A stretch of 64,000 nt of DNA from Strigamia acuminata (Eukaryota). The notes beneath the pieces are model-generated. The model ran no database searches. It had not been told where the DNA came from and was given only the letters and a program-made list of their open reading frames with translations. The position numbers and the translations under genes are program-made. Shown in pieces: positions 23,238 through 37,028 of the stretch (positions are counted from its first letter, which is position 1; each line of letters opens with the position of its first letter). The stretch is taken from the NCBI GenBank assembly GCA_949358305.1, contig OX442314.1:4712001-4776000 (forward strand), read 5' to 3'.

Positions 23238-24384
23238 CGGTATCCGATCACTTCAGTGACCATCGTGAAGTCGTGAAGTCATGAACTGGAGAAAACGGTA
23301 AGTCAAATTTTGAATTGAAGATACAGTGTACTCATTTGGAAAGATGTGTGATCCAAACAGGTTTGCTGGACCCAACGTATAGCCAGTAATGTTATATTCC
23401 CTCTCCTAGCCTGTTAGTCTGGATAACTTTCTTAGATCGTCCTATGTCCAAGCTTCACAGAGTTTACTGTAGATATGAGAATGTAACAGGTTAATTCTTT
23501 AAATAGTTTTTCTGTGATTCAGCGGATGGAAAGCAGGTGTAGTAGTTTTGTGAGTTTGGTAGGTAGTCGAGCTGCTCGGTTCCTCAGTGTGTTCTCTTGG
23601 TCAAAATGCAATCAGTTTGCAACAATTTGCAACAGTTGTGATTGCATTCCCAATGCATAAAGAATTTTATATTGTTATGTACACCATGGGGTATGATATA
23701 TATTGTCAGGTGCTTGGTTTTAATTTTAATCTCTTCCATCCTAAATTTTCTTATTTTTCAATTCATTTATTTTTATTTATTTTGCCGACTCACCTTTTGT
23801 AATGAATGCACATAAAAGATCTTTGTGCATTTTATGACTCTTAAACTTTTTAGTTTGCCCCATCCCTGATCATAATTGATATGACTTGTCAATCAAGTGA
23901 TCAGACCTGACTTATGAGCTACATTACCTACAAAAATCACTTCTTGCTTAATTGTCAACAGAGTTCTATACGTGAGATCGTCATTATAAATAGTGTTGTT
24001 ATTCCAAAGAACTGGGATTTCTAACCGTCCAACTCAAATAATTGATGCAGCTTTGTAACTTCCTGTCTGCACATGAAGTAAAAACACGGTTCTTGATGCG
24101 TTTTTTCGCGGACTCAATGATATATACCATAAATTAGAAATATGTAATGTTACCAGAGAATTTATAGATTTAAAGAAAGCTGCCAAACTCGCCAATGTTA
24201 CATGTAACAGTCATTAGTATAATTAAACACCACTTATTGTGAGATAAAGCAACTAATGAGTTTATTTCAGGCTGAATAATTTTAATGAAAGGTTGGGCAA
24301 AGTACAAGTGCAAAGTACAAGAATTCGTTTTATGTTATTTGAACAAAGGGGGAATATTAATCGATATTGCTTGCCATATTATTC

Positions 24385-24929
24385 TGTGACTGTTTGGCCA
24401 CCCTAGTGGCCTACGTCACTCCAAACACCACCTGGCGGCCCCAAGCCGACCTCCTCTTGGAGGAGTGGACCGGCCTAGTAGGGGAGGTAAGAGCAGAGTG
24501 GTGTGGTGAGCGAGAGACTTGCTGAGGGAGCTGAGGGTGAAGACGTGTCAGGTGCAGCTGCCGCGCTCCTAACCATAAGTAGAGACAACTACTGCTCAGT
24601 TCCGCTCACCATTCACCACTGTGACGCTCAGTGGCAGTCTCATTACTATGAGTGGCTACATGGGCTGTAGGTAAGTACAGCAGAATGTTTGTCCGAGGCA
24701 TCCGACCACGTCGTACACGGGCGTAAAGCCCTGTGTGCGACGAGCCGGTTGCCGGTGTAGCGTGCCTAAGAGCACTCTACACAGTGAGGCGAGAGGCCCC
24801 AACCCCTAGACAACGATTAAAGGCCAAAAGCCACCAATCTGGAGTCTCTGTCTCGCCTTTACGTGATGTAAGCGTCCCTCTCGTGTAGTAACTTCCCACA
24901 CTATACGGGTCTGACCATAGCCAGTCACA
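24385..24929 (+). mobile_element. Solo LTR, same family as 19756 (TSD ATTC); copy at 48868-49412
   Basis: ATTC|TGTGAC…GTCACA|ATTC; shares CCATTCACCACTGTGACGCTCAGTG and TTAAAGGCCAAAA with the 19756 LTR. Confidence 0.85.
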
Positions 24930-25320
24930 ATTCGATAATGCATTTAAACTACACAAGTGATGTAAAACAATATAAAGATATTATTGTTTAATTTCCACAA
25001 TTAAACATTTTACATTTTCATTTTTAACAAATTTTGCTAACTTGCTCCTGGCGTTTGGTCAACTGTATTGAAGATTTGTTTCCGAAAGAAACAAAAGCAA
25101 AAGCTTAGCATACACCTAACTAATAAGGCCGTTTGAATCTAAATTGAAGAGTTAGAAAGATGAAGAAATTATCAAACTAAAAGCGTTTGTTCGTGTTTGT
25201 TCCCATTCAATTAGTCATATTTCTTTCAAAATATGATTGATGTTTGCTGTGTAATAAAAAACAGAATCATTTTCATGTCGTAAAAATTCTCAAGTATTGA
25301 TTTCAAAAACACTGGAAATA

Positions 25321-26084
25321 CAGGGTGGACAAAAAGTATGGTTCACAGTAAATAATTCCCAAACTGTTTTAGTTGTTGATTTAGCAAAATGATTGTAAGG
25401 GTAATTTTTTGGGGGAAATCCAATTATGACATCGAACTTGATCTCAGAGGTCATATTCAAGGTCATTCATCTTGTAACTCGAGAACCGTGACAGATAGAG
25501 CAAAAAGGTGAATCAGAAAGTTGTAGAGCATCATCCAATTAATCAAGAACCGTTCTGAAAAAAATTATTTCTTACTGAAAAGTTTTGAGAAAAAAGGTCT
25601 GAAACATTAGTCTACTCAGCATTGTAACTCAGCTTTGTAACCTAAAACTATTGAGGCAACCAAGCTAATCCTCAATTAGGACACTTTATTCGGTCATACT
25701 TGTAAGTGGAAGAGAGGAAACACAAACAAAAAGAAATAAATTATTTTGGAAATACATTCCAACATGATAGTTTTAGGTTACAATGCTGAGTAGACTAATT
25801 TTTCAGACCTTTTTTCTCAAAACTTTTCAGTAAGCAATAATTTTTTTCAGAACGGTTCTAGACTAATTGGATGATGCTCTACAACTTTCTAATTCACCTT
25901 TTTGCTCTATCTGTCACGGTTCTCGAGTTACAATATGAATGACCTTGAGGATGACCTCAGAGGTCAAATTGGATATCATAATTGAATTTCCCCCGACATT
26001 CTACCCTTACAATAATTTTGCTGAATCAACATCTAGAACAGTTTGGGAATTATTTACTGTGAACCATACTTTTTGTCCACCCTG
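25321..26084. mobile_element. Long-TIR mariner-type MITE (CAGGGTGGACAAAAAGTATGG…, ~300-bp arms, TA TSD); copy at 49804-50567
   Basis: Large foldback flanked by TA; empty site GGAAATATAATTCA at ~7570. Confidence 0.88.
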
Positions 26085-26758
26085 TATAATTCATAGCTTT
26101 TTTTAACGACGCACAATCTTCATCATAAAATGAATGATTTACTACCTTGTTTTTCTGTCTGCATTTGGAAGCAAGCAGTTGCTGATACTGAGTCAGCCGG
26201 GGCCAAGTTGTTCTAATATATCTAACACAACAGCTGTACGGTGTTAGAAACAAACAACGATAGATTTTACTCGTCGGCTGTCTCATTCTAAGCTTGAGCC
26301 ATCATTTGCAAACCTAAGTTCAGGTAAGCCTTCTAAAGATGAGTAAAACATCTTAAAGTTAAGAAATTTTGATTTTGACCAACAACCAAAAATGAAACCA
26401 CCAAAATAAACACCAAATTAAATCATTCTTTTCATTCTTTTTAAGAAAATTTTGTTTCAGCCATAAAAATTCATTCTAATAAGTTATTCTATGTCCAAAA
26501 CAAAAATTTATGTATGAGTGGGAAGAAAAATCAAACAGAATTTTGGCCAGTTAGTGTTAAAATTTCATTTCATTGTTAATTGACGTACTGTATAGACTTA
26601 AAGTTTCGTACATTTTCTTAAGAATATGGAAATGAAAAACATTCAGATATTTGTGTTTTCCATTCAGACTAGCTCTTGTTTCCACCCAAAAATGTACAGT
26701 GATCAATTTTTAGCATTCTGCCCAGGTAGTGATATCGATGCGTTGTAACAAATACCAT

Positions 26759-27304
26759 ATGACTGTTATGGTTTTGCCCATGATAACCTGGGGACTGGAT
26801 ACCATTGGGTGGGACGCATACTCACGTAAATAACAGACAAAGACTCCAAAGTGTTGAGTTGTTAGCCTTTCATCCTTTTATCTAGGGATTGGAGTCTCCC
26901 ATCTACACCCGTGTTGGCAGTGCCACACCAGCAACCAACCCGTCACACACAAGGAAGGGTCCCCATGGGTGATGTGGCCGGTTAGACATAACTATTCTGG
27001 CGTATTCACCCATGCGGCCCATGAAACCGCTCATGGAGGTTGTGGTGGATCCGACATCTCACCACTGCGCATCGCAGTAATGAATAGCTAGAGAGCAGAG
27101 TCAGCACAAAGCACGACTGCTCTTGCTAGCTTCAGGACTTCACTTCTACTGTCTCGCTTGAGATTCAGCACTTTCCTCTCTCCACACACCACTCAGCTCC
27201 CCCTTCCCCACCCTGTGTCATACCACTCCACAAGGATGGACCTTGGGGCCATTGGGAAGTGTGTGGAGTGGGGCAGGTCACCTTTGGGTGGCCAAGCAGT
27301 CACA
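26759..27304 (-). mobile_element. Older solo LTR of the same TGTGAC…GTCACA family; fragments at ~6199-6460, ~7630-7832, ~10393-10722; duplicate ~51243-51791
   Basis: Colinear similarity to 19882-20467; TSD not clear. Confidence 0.65.
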
Positions 27305-27836
27305 ACTGATCTTGTGCATGTCTCCTAATGAGCCCGTTTATGTATACCAATTTGGTCTAACACTGCGCATAGGTTGTGGTATAACGAATATATTGTCAGA
27401 ATTCGTTCGTTTTTTTTTTTACCTTAAAATAGGATTAAGTTTTTCTTTTCGACTTTGTGTCTTACCTTGATACTGGTTAGGTGTGATGCATTCTTTAACA
27501 TTGTCGCAGATATTAATTTGATCAATGTCGCCATATCGTTTTGTTTGGGCGTTGTGGTGGTTTCGTTGATCGTTTTGTTACCGTTGTCTATGAATAATTT
27601 CGTTTTGTTGTCGGTCAGCAAGATTACCTATATAGGTTCGTTTTTGCGTTCGTTTTTGCGTTCACTTGTAAAAGTGAACTAGTTGGCGATCTTAGTTCGC
27701 AAACTAACGAACTTTGTTCCCGAACGCGAACTGATAGTTCGCGTTCGACACAACACTCGCGCCGTGAGTCGACAATGAAGAGTTGGTAAACTTTTACCAA
27801 ACTAGACTCTTTAATTTAAAATTTTAAATAGTTTAA

Positions 27837-28110
27837 CGAAGTGGCTACGTTCACGTCCGACACTGAACGTATTGTTTTCAAGGCGCGCTTTGATTGGTTG
27901 AGAGATGCATTGACGAAAAACCCCGTTCTGTCTACATTGCCAAAAATAGATAAGGTTAGGTCTGCTAGGAAAAAAGAAGCGAACACCTCGAAATACATCG
28001 ATGTGAGAATACTTACATTGACTAAACGAAGTGCCATCGTTAGCTCCTAACCAATCACAGCGCGCCTTGAAAATAATACGTTCACGTCGGACGTGAACGT
28101 AGCCACTGCC
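27837..28110. mobile_element. MITE family copy (same insertion as 9910); duplicate 52324-52597; 3' remnant at ~36560-36644
   Basis: Same TIRs; TSD ATAGTTTAA/ATAGGTTAA. Confidence 0.8.
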
Positions 28111-28217
28111 ATAGGTTAAATATACAAAGTTGTGACCGATTGCCAGTCACTTCGATACAATGCCCACAAAGAATAGTCCAACCCAACCCCGCCCCGCCTA
28201 GTTCAGTTGATGGTTAA

Positions 28218-28706
28218 AGGTCAAGTGCACTGAGTGGGTTTTATTTTTTTTCTGATAGAGCATAATGAATAATAATTTTTCATATCAAAAAAAAATAAAA
28301 TTTGGGCCTTTATCACTGTTTAATAACAATTGAAAAAGTTGACTTTTTCAATATGATGCATCATGGTTGTTGGCTGGATGACCTACGTCATCAGTTCTGT
28401 GGTGGTTGGTGGTGGTGTTGTTGCGCATGCGCATCAGACTGCACATGCGCAAAAGACAGTTTTAAACTCGGCAATCAAGGTCATCCATTATGAATCCACC
28501 CTAGGCTCGGAACTAGTTCCAGGTCAACTGAACTAGAGAACTGACAACGTCATACTCCCATGATTCTTTGCCTCGTCAACACCCGATATTGCGATTGTTA
28601 TTAAACAATGATAAAGGCCCAAATTTTATTTTTTTTTGACATGAAAAATTATTATTCATTAGGCCCTATCAGAAAAAAAATAAAACCCACTCAGTGCACT
28701 TGATCT
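28218..28706. mobile_element. TTAA-inserting MITE (AGGTCAAGTGCACTGAGTGGG TIR, Kolobok-like ends) just upstream of copy B; duplicate 52705-53193
   Basis: About 115-bp TIRs; TTAA TSD; empty site GATGGTTAATGTAATC at ~10277 and ~36738. Confidence 0.85.
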
Positions 28707-28992
28707 TTAATGTAATCACATGACATTATATTGGGTGATGTCATAATAAAATACGAGATCACGTGGTAGCATCCTGCAACCAGCAACTCCTCCTGGCATG
28801 GTGACATTGTATTAGTAAGTTAGGCCATATGGGTGTTTGTTGGTCTGGTTGACTTTTTTAAATGAATAAAATGTTACAACACACGAAAGCAATTTGCATA
28901 ATATGTCAGCTGACAATCAATTAAAGTAATCAATATTAATCTCAACAGCTTCGTGCCACATCGATAACTGCACTTACAAGTTAGAAGAAATA

Positions 28993-31826
28993 ATGGAGAG
29001 AGAGGATTCAAATCGACCAACAGGCCGAATTCAACAAATGAGAAGACGAAAACTGCTTCAACTTGTTCGCGTTACTATGTCGAAGCAACAGAGGACTCCG
29101 GATTTCATCAAAAGTTTGACAAAAATATTGGAGAAGAAAAGAAATATCAAGATTTTACTTTGTGTGTTACTAATTATCAATTTGGCAGCTTGTGTTTATC
29201 AAACAGTAGATCGGGTATTGTATTTCATGGACGAACCCACAGCAGTTGATGCACACATGATTGAAACAACGCATGGTTCCTTCCCCTATGTTTATTTATA
29301 TCCGTTTACTACGCAAGAATTTAACAATTTCATTTTCAACAAAACAAAAAAATCTGACGACAAAGATCAATGTGCAGAAGATGAAATATACCCAGAATTT
29401 TCAAAATTTAAAATCAGTGATATTCTACAATATTATACTACACTTAGTTACATAACTGATGCCTACTTCAAAACAGTAAATCATTTTCATTTTTTCTCCT
29501 GACCAAACTAAAAAAGTTTAATCAAATGAGGAAAAAATTATATTTGCAGCCTAGAATGCGCATTAACCTTACAATTGCAAATTATGAGACTGTGGGTTAT
29601 GCCACTGCACAGGTTTCCAGTCGTAAGTCAACAATATTTCCTGTTTCCTTTATTTTTACAAGTTCCTTTTTCCCTTAGCAATTTCGTTTCCATATGGGAA
29701 TCCTGCTTATAAGATGGTCATAAAAATTAATTTTCCCAAGCAATGTTCACATGTTCGAGTGAGTATTTAATTTCATCGACAATTCTCACAATTTATTTTG
29801 CATTTCTCACAGCCACAAAGTTGCACAACACATTTTTTAAACACTAAGCGTCCCTTTGTAGCTGTCAAAATTGCGAAATACTCAGTAATAAAATTTGATA
29901 ATCATTCTTGAAACCATTGCATTCAATTTCAAGGTGTTAATAGATCCATCAGCAGTCGTGTATCATTTACACAAGCTATCCATCCAAGGCCTACAAATAA
30001 AACATGACAAACATACAGTTGGGATTAGAGTGCAAGAAGTAAGGATTAAATTAATAATTATTCACCCAGAAAAGAGAATTATTTTCTAGCCATTACTAAA
30101 AAGTATTTCTTGGATCTATCAGCTTTATTTAAGCACAATTGCTAATTATTTACTAATATGTAATAAGGGTCATCCGTAATTTACATAATGTTGGGTTTTT
30201 GTTGACTAGAATTAACATCAAATTTCTGTTACAAGGTCGTAACAAATTCCCTCCCTCCCTCCCTAGAAAATGAGATAATAAAAAAGACCGCCTTAAGATG
30301 CTGTGTTATTTAAGGAAGGCCCCTATAATCATACAGGAATTTGAAAAATTTATTTTAGTATCATTATATCAACACTAAGAAAAATCCATGCGATAATAAT
30401 TTACACGATTGCTTACGCCCATGTCTCGTCAAAAGAATGAAATGCAAGTAAGTTTTTTAATTCGACTCAATAACAGAATTCGATAAAAGAATATTTATTT
30501 CTGTGCATAAATCACAAATCAAAACATTTCACAAAATATTTTTTTATCTGACTGCTGTTAATAAAAATTAGAAGTTAACTTAAATAAAGGTTGTCACATT
30601 AGATATCCATTTTATGAAGCGAGAAATCTGCCGGAATGCAATGACAAAGACACTTTGATTCAGTTCAAACAAATAGAAAACTTTATCTTCATAAATGGTA
30701 CAGAATCACAGTGTAGATGTGGCAATTTATGTGATGAGACAAGTTTCAGCCAAACATTCGAAAGAACACCTGGTGATGGAGATAAAATTGACATTTATGT
30801 TGGCAATACTTTTGTTCGAACATTAATCGAACACTTTTCTTACGACATCATCAATTTGCTATGCGACATTGGAGGAAACATCGGCCTCTACTTCGGCATG
30901 TCTTGCTTGACACTGGTCGAAATATTCATTCACTTTTGCAAAATATGTGTCACCAAACCAACAACAAATTCCAAGTTAACAGATAAAATTGAAATGACGC
31001 TTGAAAATATGCAGAATCGCCGAAAACCAACTTTCGTTAAAAAGTTGATCAAAATCACAACATCACTTTTCCTTGGCTCGATATCAGTCTACTACATTTA
31101 TCATTTGATTGATTCTTATTTTCAATTTCCACTCTTGAAAACTGTTAAACTCATTAGAGATGAAAAAATTCATTTTCCATTCATTATTGCTTGTGCAGAC
31201 AGTGCAAACATATTACATGCTAAAAGCCAATTAGCCCAAAAACTCAACTCAACTGATTGTGATCATTTCCAACTGTTGGATTTACTCCATCCACTATCTG
31301 AATTCGCAAATCAACCACTGCAACTGTGGAATGCCTCCTCTCTTTTTGATTTCTACGACAAACAACGGATATTATTACTCAAGGTAAAAAAATCAGAATA
31401 TTAAATCATCAATTCAAACGTGTATAAATTTAACAAACTTGTAGACCGGGAAAACAGCAAAGGAAATTGAATTATATCTTCCCAAATTATCATTAATACC
31501 GACAGTGTATGGAATGTGTACTGCGTTTAATCAAGGTAAAAAAACAAGTCACTTATAATTCTCACTAAAATATTTTTACACAGCTGACAAGCCGTTTTCA
31601 CGAAAGCAAAACTCTGTACTGATTTTCAATTGGCACAGTGGTCACTGTAGTTTTAAACGAGAAGTGAGATAGAAGTTTATCCTTCATACTGTTAATTGCA
31701 GCAGTTACTAATTTGACTTTTGTATTCCAGCACTTCATTTTGCCAACAAATCAATTTTTTCATCCGAAATATCGTTTAGATGTATCCAACAACTTAGGTG
31801 TTTATGTCAACTTCGCCCCTCAAACG
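28993..31826 (+). CDS. Tandem DEG/ENaC gene copy B: exons 1-9 intact, exons 10-11 absent (3'-truncated; could be a pseudogene)
   Basis: Exons 28993-29475, 29550-29622, 29679-29758, 29934-30038, 30359-30447, 30603-31383, 31445-31535, 31584-31663, 31731-31826 are open and GT-AG. Intron 9 homology stops at ~32070. Read-through stop at 31847. Confidence 0.7.
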
Positions 31827-32070
31827 GTGAATTCAAAAAATGATTAATCCACTGACTATAAGGTTGCCCTTTCTCCCATTGGCCGAGTCTCACTACTTAT
31901 AACCGTAGACTGTGTACTACCACAAAGAAAAGTAGTTTTTATTTTTGTGATTATTATAAAATAAAGATTAAAATGATACAATTTTAATTTTATTTTATAG
32001 TAAAATGTTTTTTTCCGTTTATAAAATACAGTTTTATATATTATATGCTGTGTTTATTTCAACAAACATG

Positions 32071-33868
32071 TGTCACGGGCAGGCTACCCACCCTTCCTTT
32101 TTAATTCATTTTCCACTTGGTTTAACTCATCCTAAGTTTTTCTTATTTTTTTCCAATCTCTCTTATCATCTAAGATAGATGATTCATCTTTTTAAATATA
32201 TGCGCAGCTTCAGCTCGAGCATGTTATTATTTTTAACAATAGGAATTATTTTACACCTTTCACCCCCTCACCCACTTTCATAGATCTGACCAGGTGACTC
32301 AAGTCTTCTTAGTCATCATTTTTCCTATCTAAACCACTTCTCACACCTCTGTCAACCGAGGATTAAATTTACGAACAACTTTAGACAAAGGAAAAGTGGC
32401 AATATCGCCTTTACAAAATAAACCTTGAACAATCAAATCCTTGCTGGTAATATAATAATAAATACTAGTTGGTTTATTTGTCACATAATTCTATTGAATT
32501 ATGTGCAAACTTTACACCTGGTGAAGTCACCCTTCATCACCCACTGTGAGTTGGACTCCTTTGGATTATAGTCAAAAGGACTTAATCCAAAATGTGTCCT
32601 GCGTATCCAGTTCCTGTAGTGGACCTAGTAGAAGACTATGTCCTGAGTATCCACTTCCTATGTTCTAGGATTGGATGAATTAGGCTGCCCAGTGATCCCA
32701 TTGGATCACTGAACAGCTATTCTCCTCACCGAGTATATATTCCCTTGCAAAACGGATATAGCTCGCTCTTGTTCTTGTTTTGTTTGATACCGATATTTAC
32801 TTGAGCACATACTATACTTCTCTGCGTTCCGACAATCCATTGTAGAAATACTTTGTATTTAGTGTAAGTATCTAGAGTGGGTAGAAGACTCACAGACACA
32901 CTTCCCGCCTCTTCATGCCAACATTCCGTTGTAGAAATGTAGTAACTAGAGTGGAGAGATTCACAGACACATTTAAGTGTAGTATCTAGAGTGGGGTACA
33001 ACCCACAGACGCACTCCCTCCAGCTTCATGCCAACATTCCGTTGTAGAATGCAGAATCTAGAGTGGAGTAAAATTCACAGACGCATTGGTAATGTAGAAT
33101 CTAGAGTGGAGTATTTATATTTCACAGACGCATTATCAGAGTAATCGACGCGGAGTAATTTCCCGGTTACTCTCCCGCCAGCCAGAACCGAGTGGAGTAA
33201 TTTCCCGGCAATGGATAACCTTTCCTGCGAAATACCTTGATTCATTTCGTTGTTGGTTTGATGGAACATTTAAGTCTGACTTAAATGTTGATTGCACTCG
33301 GGGCAAAAATAGCTCGGCGCTATTTTAATTATTTCTTTATTTTTATAGTTATTTATCCAGCTTTGAGAACACAATATCATGTTTAATTCAATGGAATTTA
33401 CGTGAATATTTATTCCAATTGTTTCATCATTCTTATGATCGCGCTGTGTAATTATTAACAATATAATAATTACACGTGTGATGATTGTGCCAAAGTCAAC
33501 CGCACCTCTCGGATATAACACACCCAAGCCTAACCATTACACATCATTTTAGAACCAATCCAGGACCATTTGAAAGCCAGAACCATATTCAGACGACATC
33601 TTTTACGTCACCGTAATAAGAAAGATACACATTCTTATTACGAGACTGAAAACCGCAAGTGATATTATTTCAGGGCTTTTGCCAACCCATTGTATATTTA
33701 ACATGAAGTTATTTAGCCAGTTGTAGGCATAGGTTTTATATAAGTCTTCCATTCGTAATAAACTGTTATATGATTTGAGAAATCACAAGCCTCCGTACGT
33801 TTACACTTTCACACGAGTTCTCGCTCTAATTGTTAAGCAATTTGTATCTCGCCAAGTCAATCGTCACA
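32071..33868. mobile_element. ~1.8-kb TG…CA LTR-like segment with internal TCTAGAGTGG…CACAGAC repeats at the deletion junction of copy B; duplicate 56558-58355
   Basis: Starts TGTCAC and ends GTCACA; no TSD; left flank is intron 9 and right flank matches sequence at ~21626. Confidence 0.5.
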
Positions 33869-34149
33869 AGTTTTCACTTGCTTTTTTTTATTTTTCTGAA
33901 AATATTACCAAAAATGATTTAACAATTGTGTTTCCACAACAAAAGAATCACATTAGGACTCGCTTTGGTTCCGGTGGTGAGTCGTGGAACCTGGAAACTG
34001 AGTCGTTCAATTTGTAAACTCGCCGCTAGATGTCAGACAAGTAAGAAACAATTTCCAACATAGAAAAATTGGAAATAGTTTGATTTCATTTAAAAATCAA
34101 TTTTTTAAGGCCAGGTGTGACATATCAATAGGCCACTTATTGCAATTGA

Positions 34150-35500
34150 ATTATCATTTTAGTGAATTATTCATTATTGGAAAGTAACTTAGAATACCAC
34201 ATTAAATGTTTTGCATTTAGATTAAACTCAAACACGAAACTGCAACTTCATCAAGTTGAGTTTCTTTGAAATTAGAAATTATACAGTATGTTTGGTGAAT
34301 TATTCGTTCTTGGAACATTGAATCACAAATGAAATATTTTGTATTTAGATTAAACTCATTCAACAAATGTAAGTGGTAGACAGACATCACATGGCATGAG
34401 TGATGCTGGACTGATTTCACTTAGAAAAAAACAACAACTAGAAACCTTATTTGTATTGGCCTTTATTCACATGGTTGTCTAAGGCTTAGTTCCCAGAAGT
34501 GTTTCCCTGGTCTGGTTTGCATTGCTACAATCCAACCCAATATCAACCCTTGACCGTGTGGTTAAGAGACCATGTGGCCAGCGAGATATGATTTCTGCAG
34601 TGTCTCTGCACAGGCTTGCTGAGAGCTTCAGGTCGGTACCTTCTCAGGTGACATGAGTGCGGTCATGCATCCGTTCATGTTGCTGTTCCAGAAAGAACTG
34701 GTCTAAGAATGTCTCATTCATGAGATCTTGCCAGTCCTTTCTTTCCATTGGTTGCCAGACTACTTCCGAGACCGGCAGCACCACCTGACAGGGGGCGCTG
34801 CCCAGGATAACAACTAGTAATAAGTGTCAGTAACCGACGGTCACACAAACTCCGGCTTCATACTATTTTCTTTGAAGTTAAAAATTATATGGTATATCTG
34901 GTAAATTATTCATTTTTTGAACGTGACATAGAATGACAAATGAAATCTTTTGCATTTAGATCAAACTCATCCAAGCAACTCCAACTTCATAAAATTGATT
35001 TTCTTTGAAATTAGAAATTATATGTTTTACATCTGGTGAATTATTCTTTCCTGGAAAGTAACATGAATAACAGATGTAGAATTTTGCATTTAGATGAAAC
35101 TCACGCAAGAAACTTCAACGTCTAAAATTCATTTTCTTTGAAATTAGAAATTATATAGTATGTCTAGTGAATTATTCCATCTTGGAACATGACATAGAAT
35201 GACAAATGAAATGTTTTGCATTTAGATTAAACTCATTCAACAAACTCCAACGTCATAGATTAGATTTTCTTTGAAATTAGAAATTATATAGTATGTCTAG
35301 TGAATTATTCCATCTTGGAACATGACATAGAATGACAAATGAAATGTTTTGCATTTAGATCAAACTCATTCAAGCAACTCCAACCTCTTAAAGTTGATTT
35401 TCTTTGAAATTAGAAATTGTACGTTACATCTGGTGAATTATTCACTGTTGAAGAGTAACATGAATAACAGATGAAAAATTTTGCATTTAGATTAAACTCA
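34150..35500. repeat. ~120-bp satellite array with solo LTR (upstream of copy C); duplicate ~58640-59990
   Basis: Same unit as the other arrays. Confidence 0.85.
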
Positions 35501-36089
35501 TGCGGTATCCGATCACTTCAGTGACCATCGTGAAGTCGCGAACTGGAGAAAACGGTAAGTCAAATTTTGAATTGAAGATACTGTGTACTCTGTACAGATC
35601 GGACAGTGTTCACCCGGAAAGATTTGTGATCCAAACAGGTTTGCTGGACCCAACTTATAGCCAGTAATGTTACATTACCCTCTCCTAGCCTGTTAGTCTG
35701 GATAACGTTCTTAGACCGGTCCTATGTCCAAGCTTCACAGAGTAAACTGTAGATATGAGAACGTAACAGGTTAATTCTTTAAATAGTTTTTCTGTGAATC
35801 AGCGGATGGAAAGTACGTGTAGTAGTTTTGTGGGTTGGGTAGGTAGTCAAGCTGCCCGGTACCTCAGTGTGTTCTCTTGGTCAAAATGCAATCAGTTTGC
35901 AACGATTTGCAACAGTTGTGATTGCATTCCCAATGCATAAAGAATTTTAAGTTGTTACGTATACCATGGGTATGATATATATTGTCAGGTGCTTGGTTTT
36001 ACCCTCCATTTTATCTTTAAACTCTTCAGGTGACTTATGGGCTACACTCCCTACTAAAATCACTTCTTGCTTAATTGTCAACAAAGACA

Positions 36090-36285
36090 TCGGGTCAGAT
36101 CGTTTAGTCGAGTGTCGTCTAGTCGACGACAGCGATTTAACGTTCATTTTGTCGACAAAACGTTTAGTCGACAAACGTTTTGTCTACGGACTTCATTTGG
36201 CCGTTTAGTCGACCGAGTACAAGGGTTCGTTTAGTCGACGTACCACCTAGTCGACAAACGTCTAGTCGACGTTACCTCTCAGACG
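36090..36285. repeat. ~190-bp insertion built from repeated CGTTTAGTCGAC/CGTCTAGTCGAC motifs; duplicate ~60577-60772
   Basis: About 8 motif copies; absent from the homologous site at ~5460. Confidence 0.7.
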
Positions 36286-37028
36286 TACCTCTCATAGTTC
36301 TATAAGTGAGATCGTCATTATAAATAGTGTTGTTATTCCAAAGAGCTGGGATTTCTAACCGCCCAACTCAAATAATTGACGCAGCTTTGTAACTTCCTGT
36401 CTGCACATGAAGTAAAAACATGGTTTCCAATGCGTTTTTTCGCGGACTCAATGATACATACCGTATATTAGAAAATATGTAATGTTACCAAAGAATTTAT
36501 AGATTTAAAGAAAGCTGCCAAACTCGCCAATACTTACATTTAACAGTCATTACTTGTAAACGAAGCGCCATTGTTAGCTCCGAACCAATCACAGCGCGCC
36601 TAGAAAATAATACGTTTACGTCGGAAGTGAACGTAGCCATTGCCATAGTTTAAATATACAAAGTTGTGACCGATTGCCAGTCACTTCAACACAATGCCCA
36701 CAAGGAATAGTCCAACCCCGCCCCGCCTGGTTTAGTTGATGGTTAATGTAATCACATGACATTATATTGGGTGATGTCATAATATGACACGAGATCACAT
36801 GGTAGCATCCTGCAACCAGCAACTCCTCCTGGCATGGTGACATTGTATTAGTAAGTTAGGCCATATGGGTGTTTGTTGGTCTCGTTGACTTTTTTAAATG
36901 AAGAAAATGTTACTACACACGAAAGCAATTTGCATAATATGTCAGCTGACAATCAATTAAAGTAATCAATATTAATCTCAACAGCTTCGTGCCACATCGA
37001 TAACTGCACTTACAAGTTAGAAGAAATA

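Noticed and set aside
36090..36285. CRISPR-like repeat/spacer appearance
   Set aside because: Repeats are ~12 bp with irregular short spacers, the context is eukaryotic and there are no cas genes.
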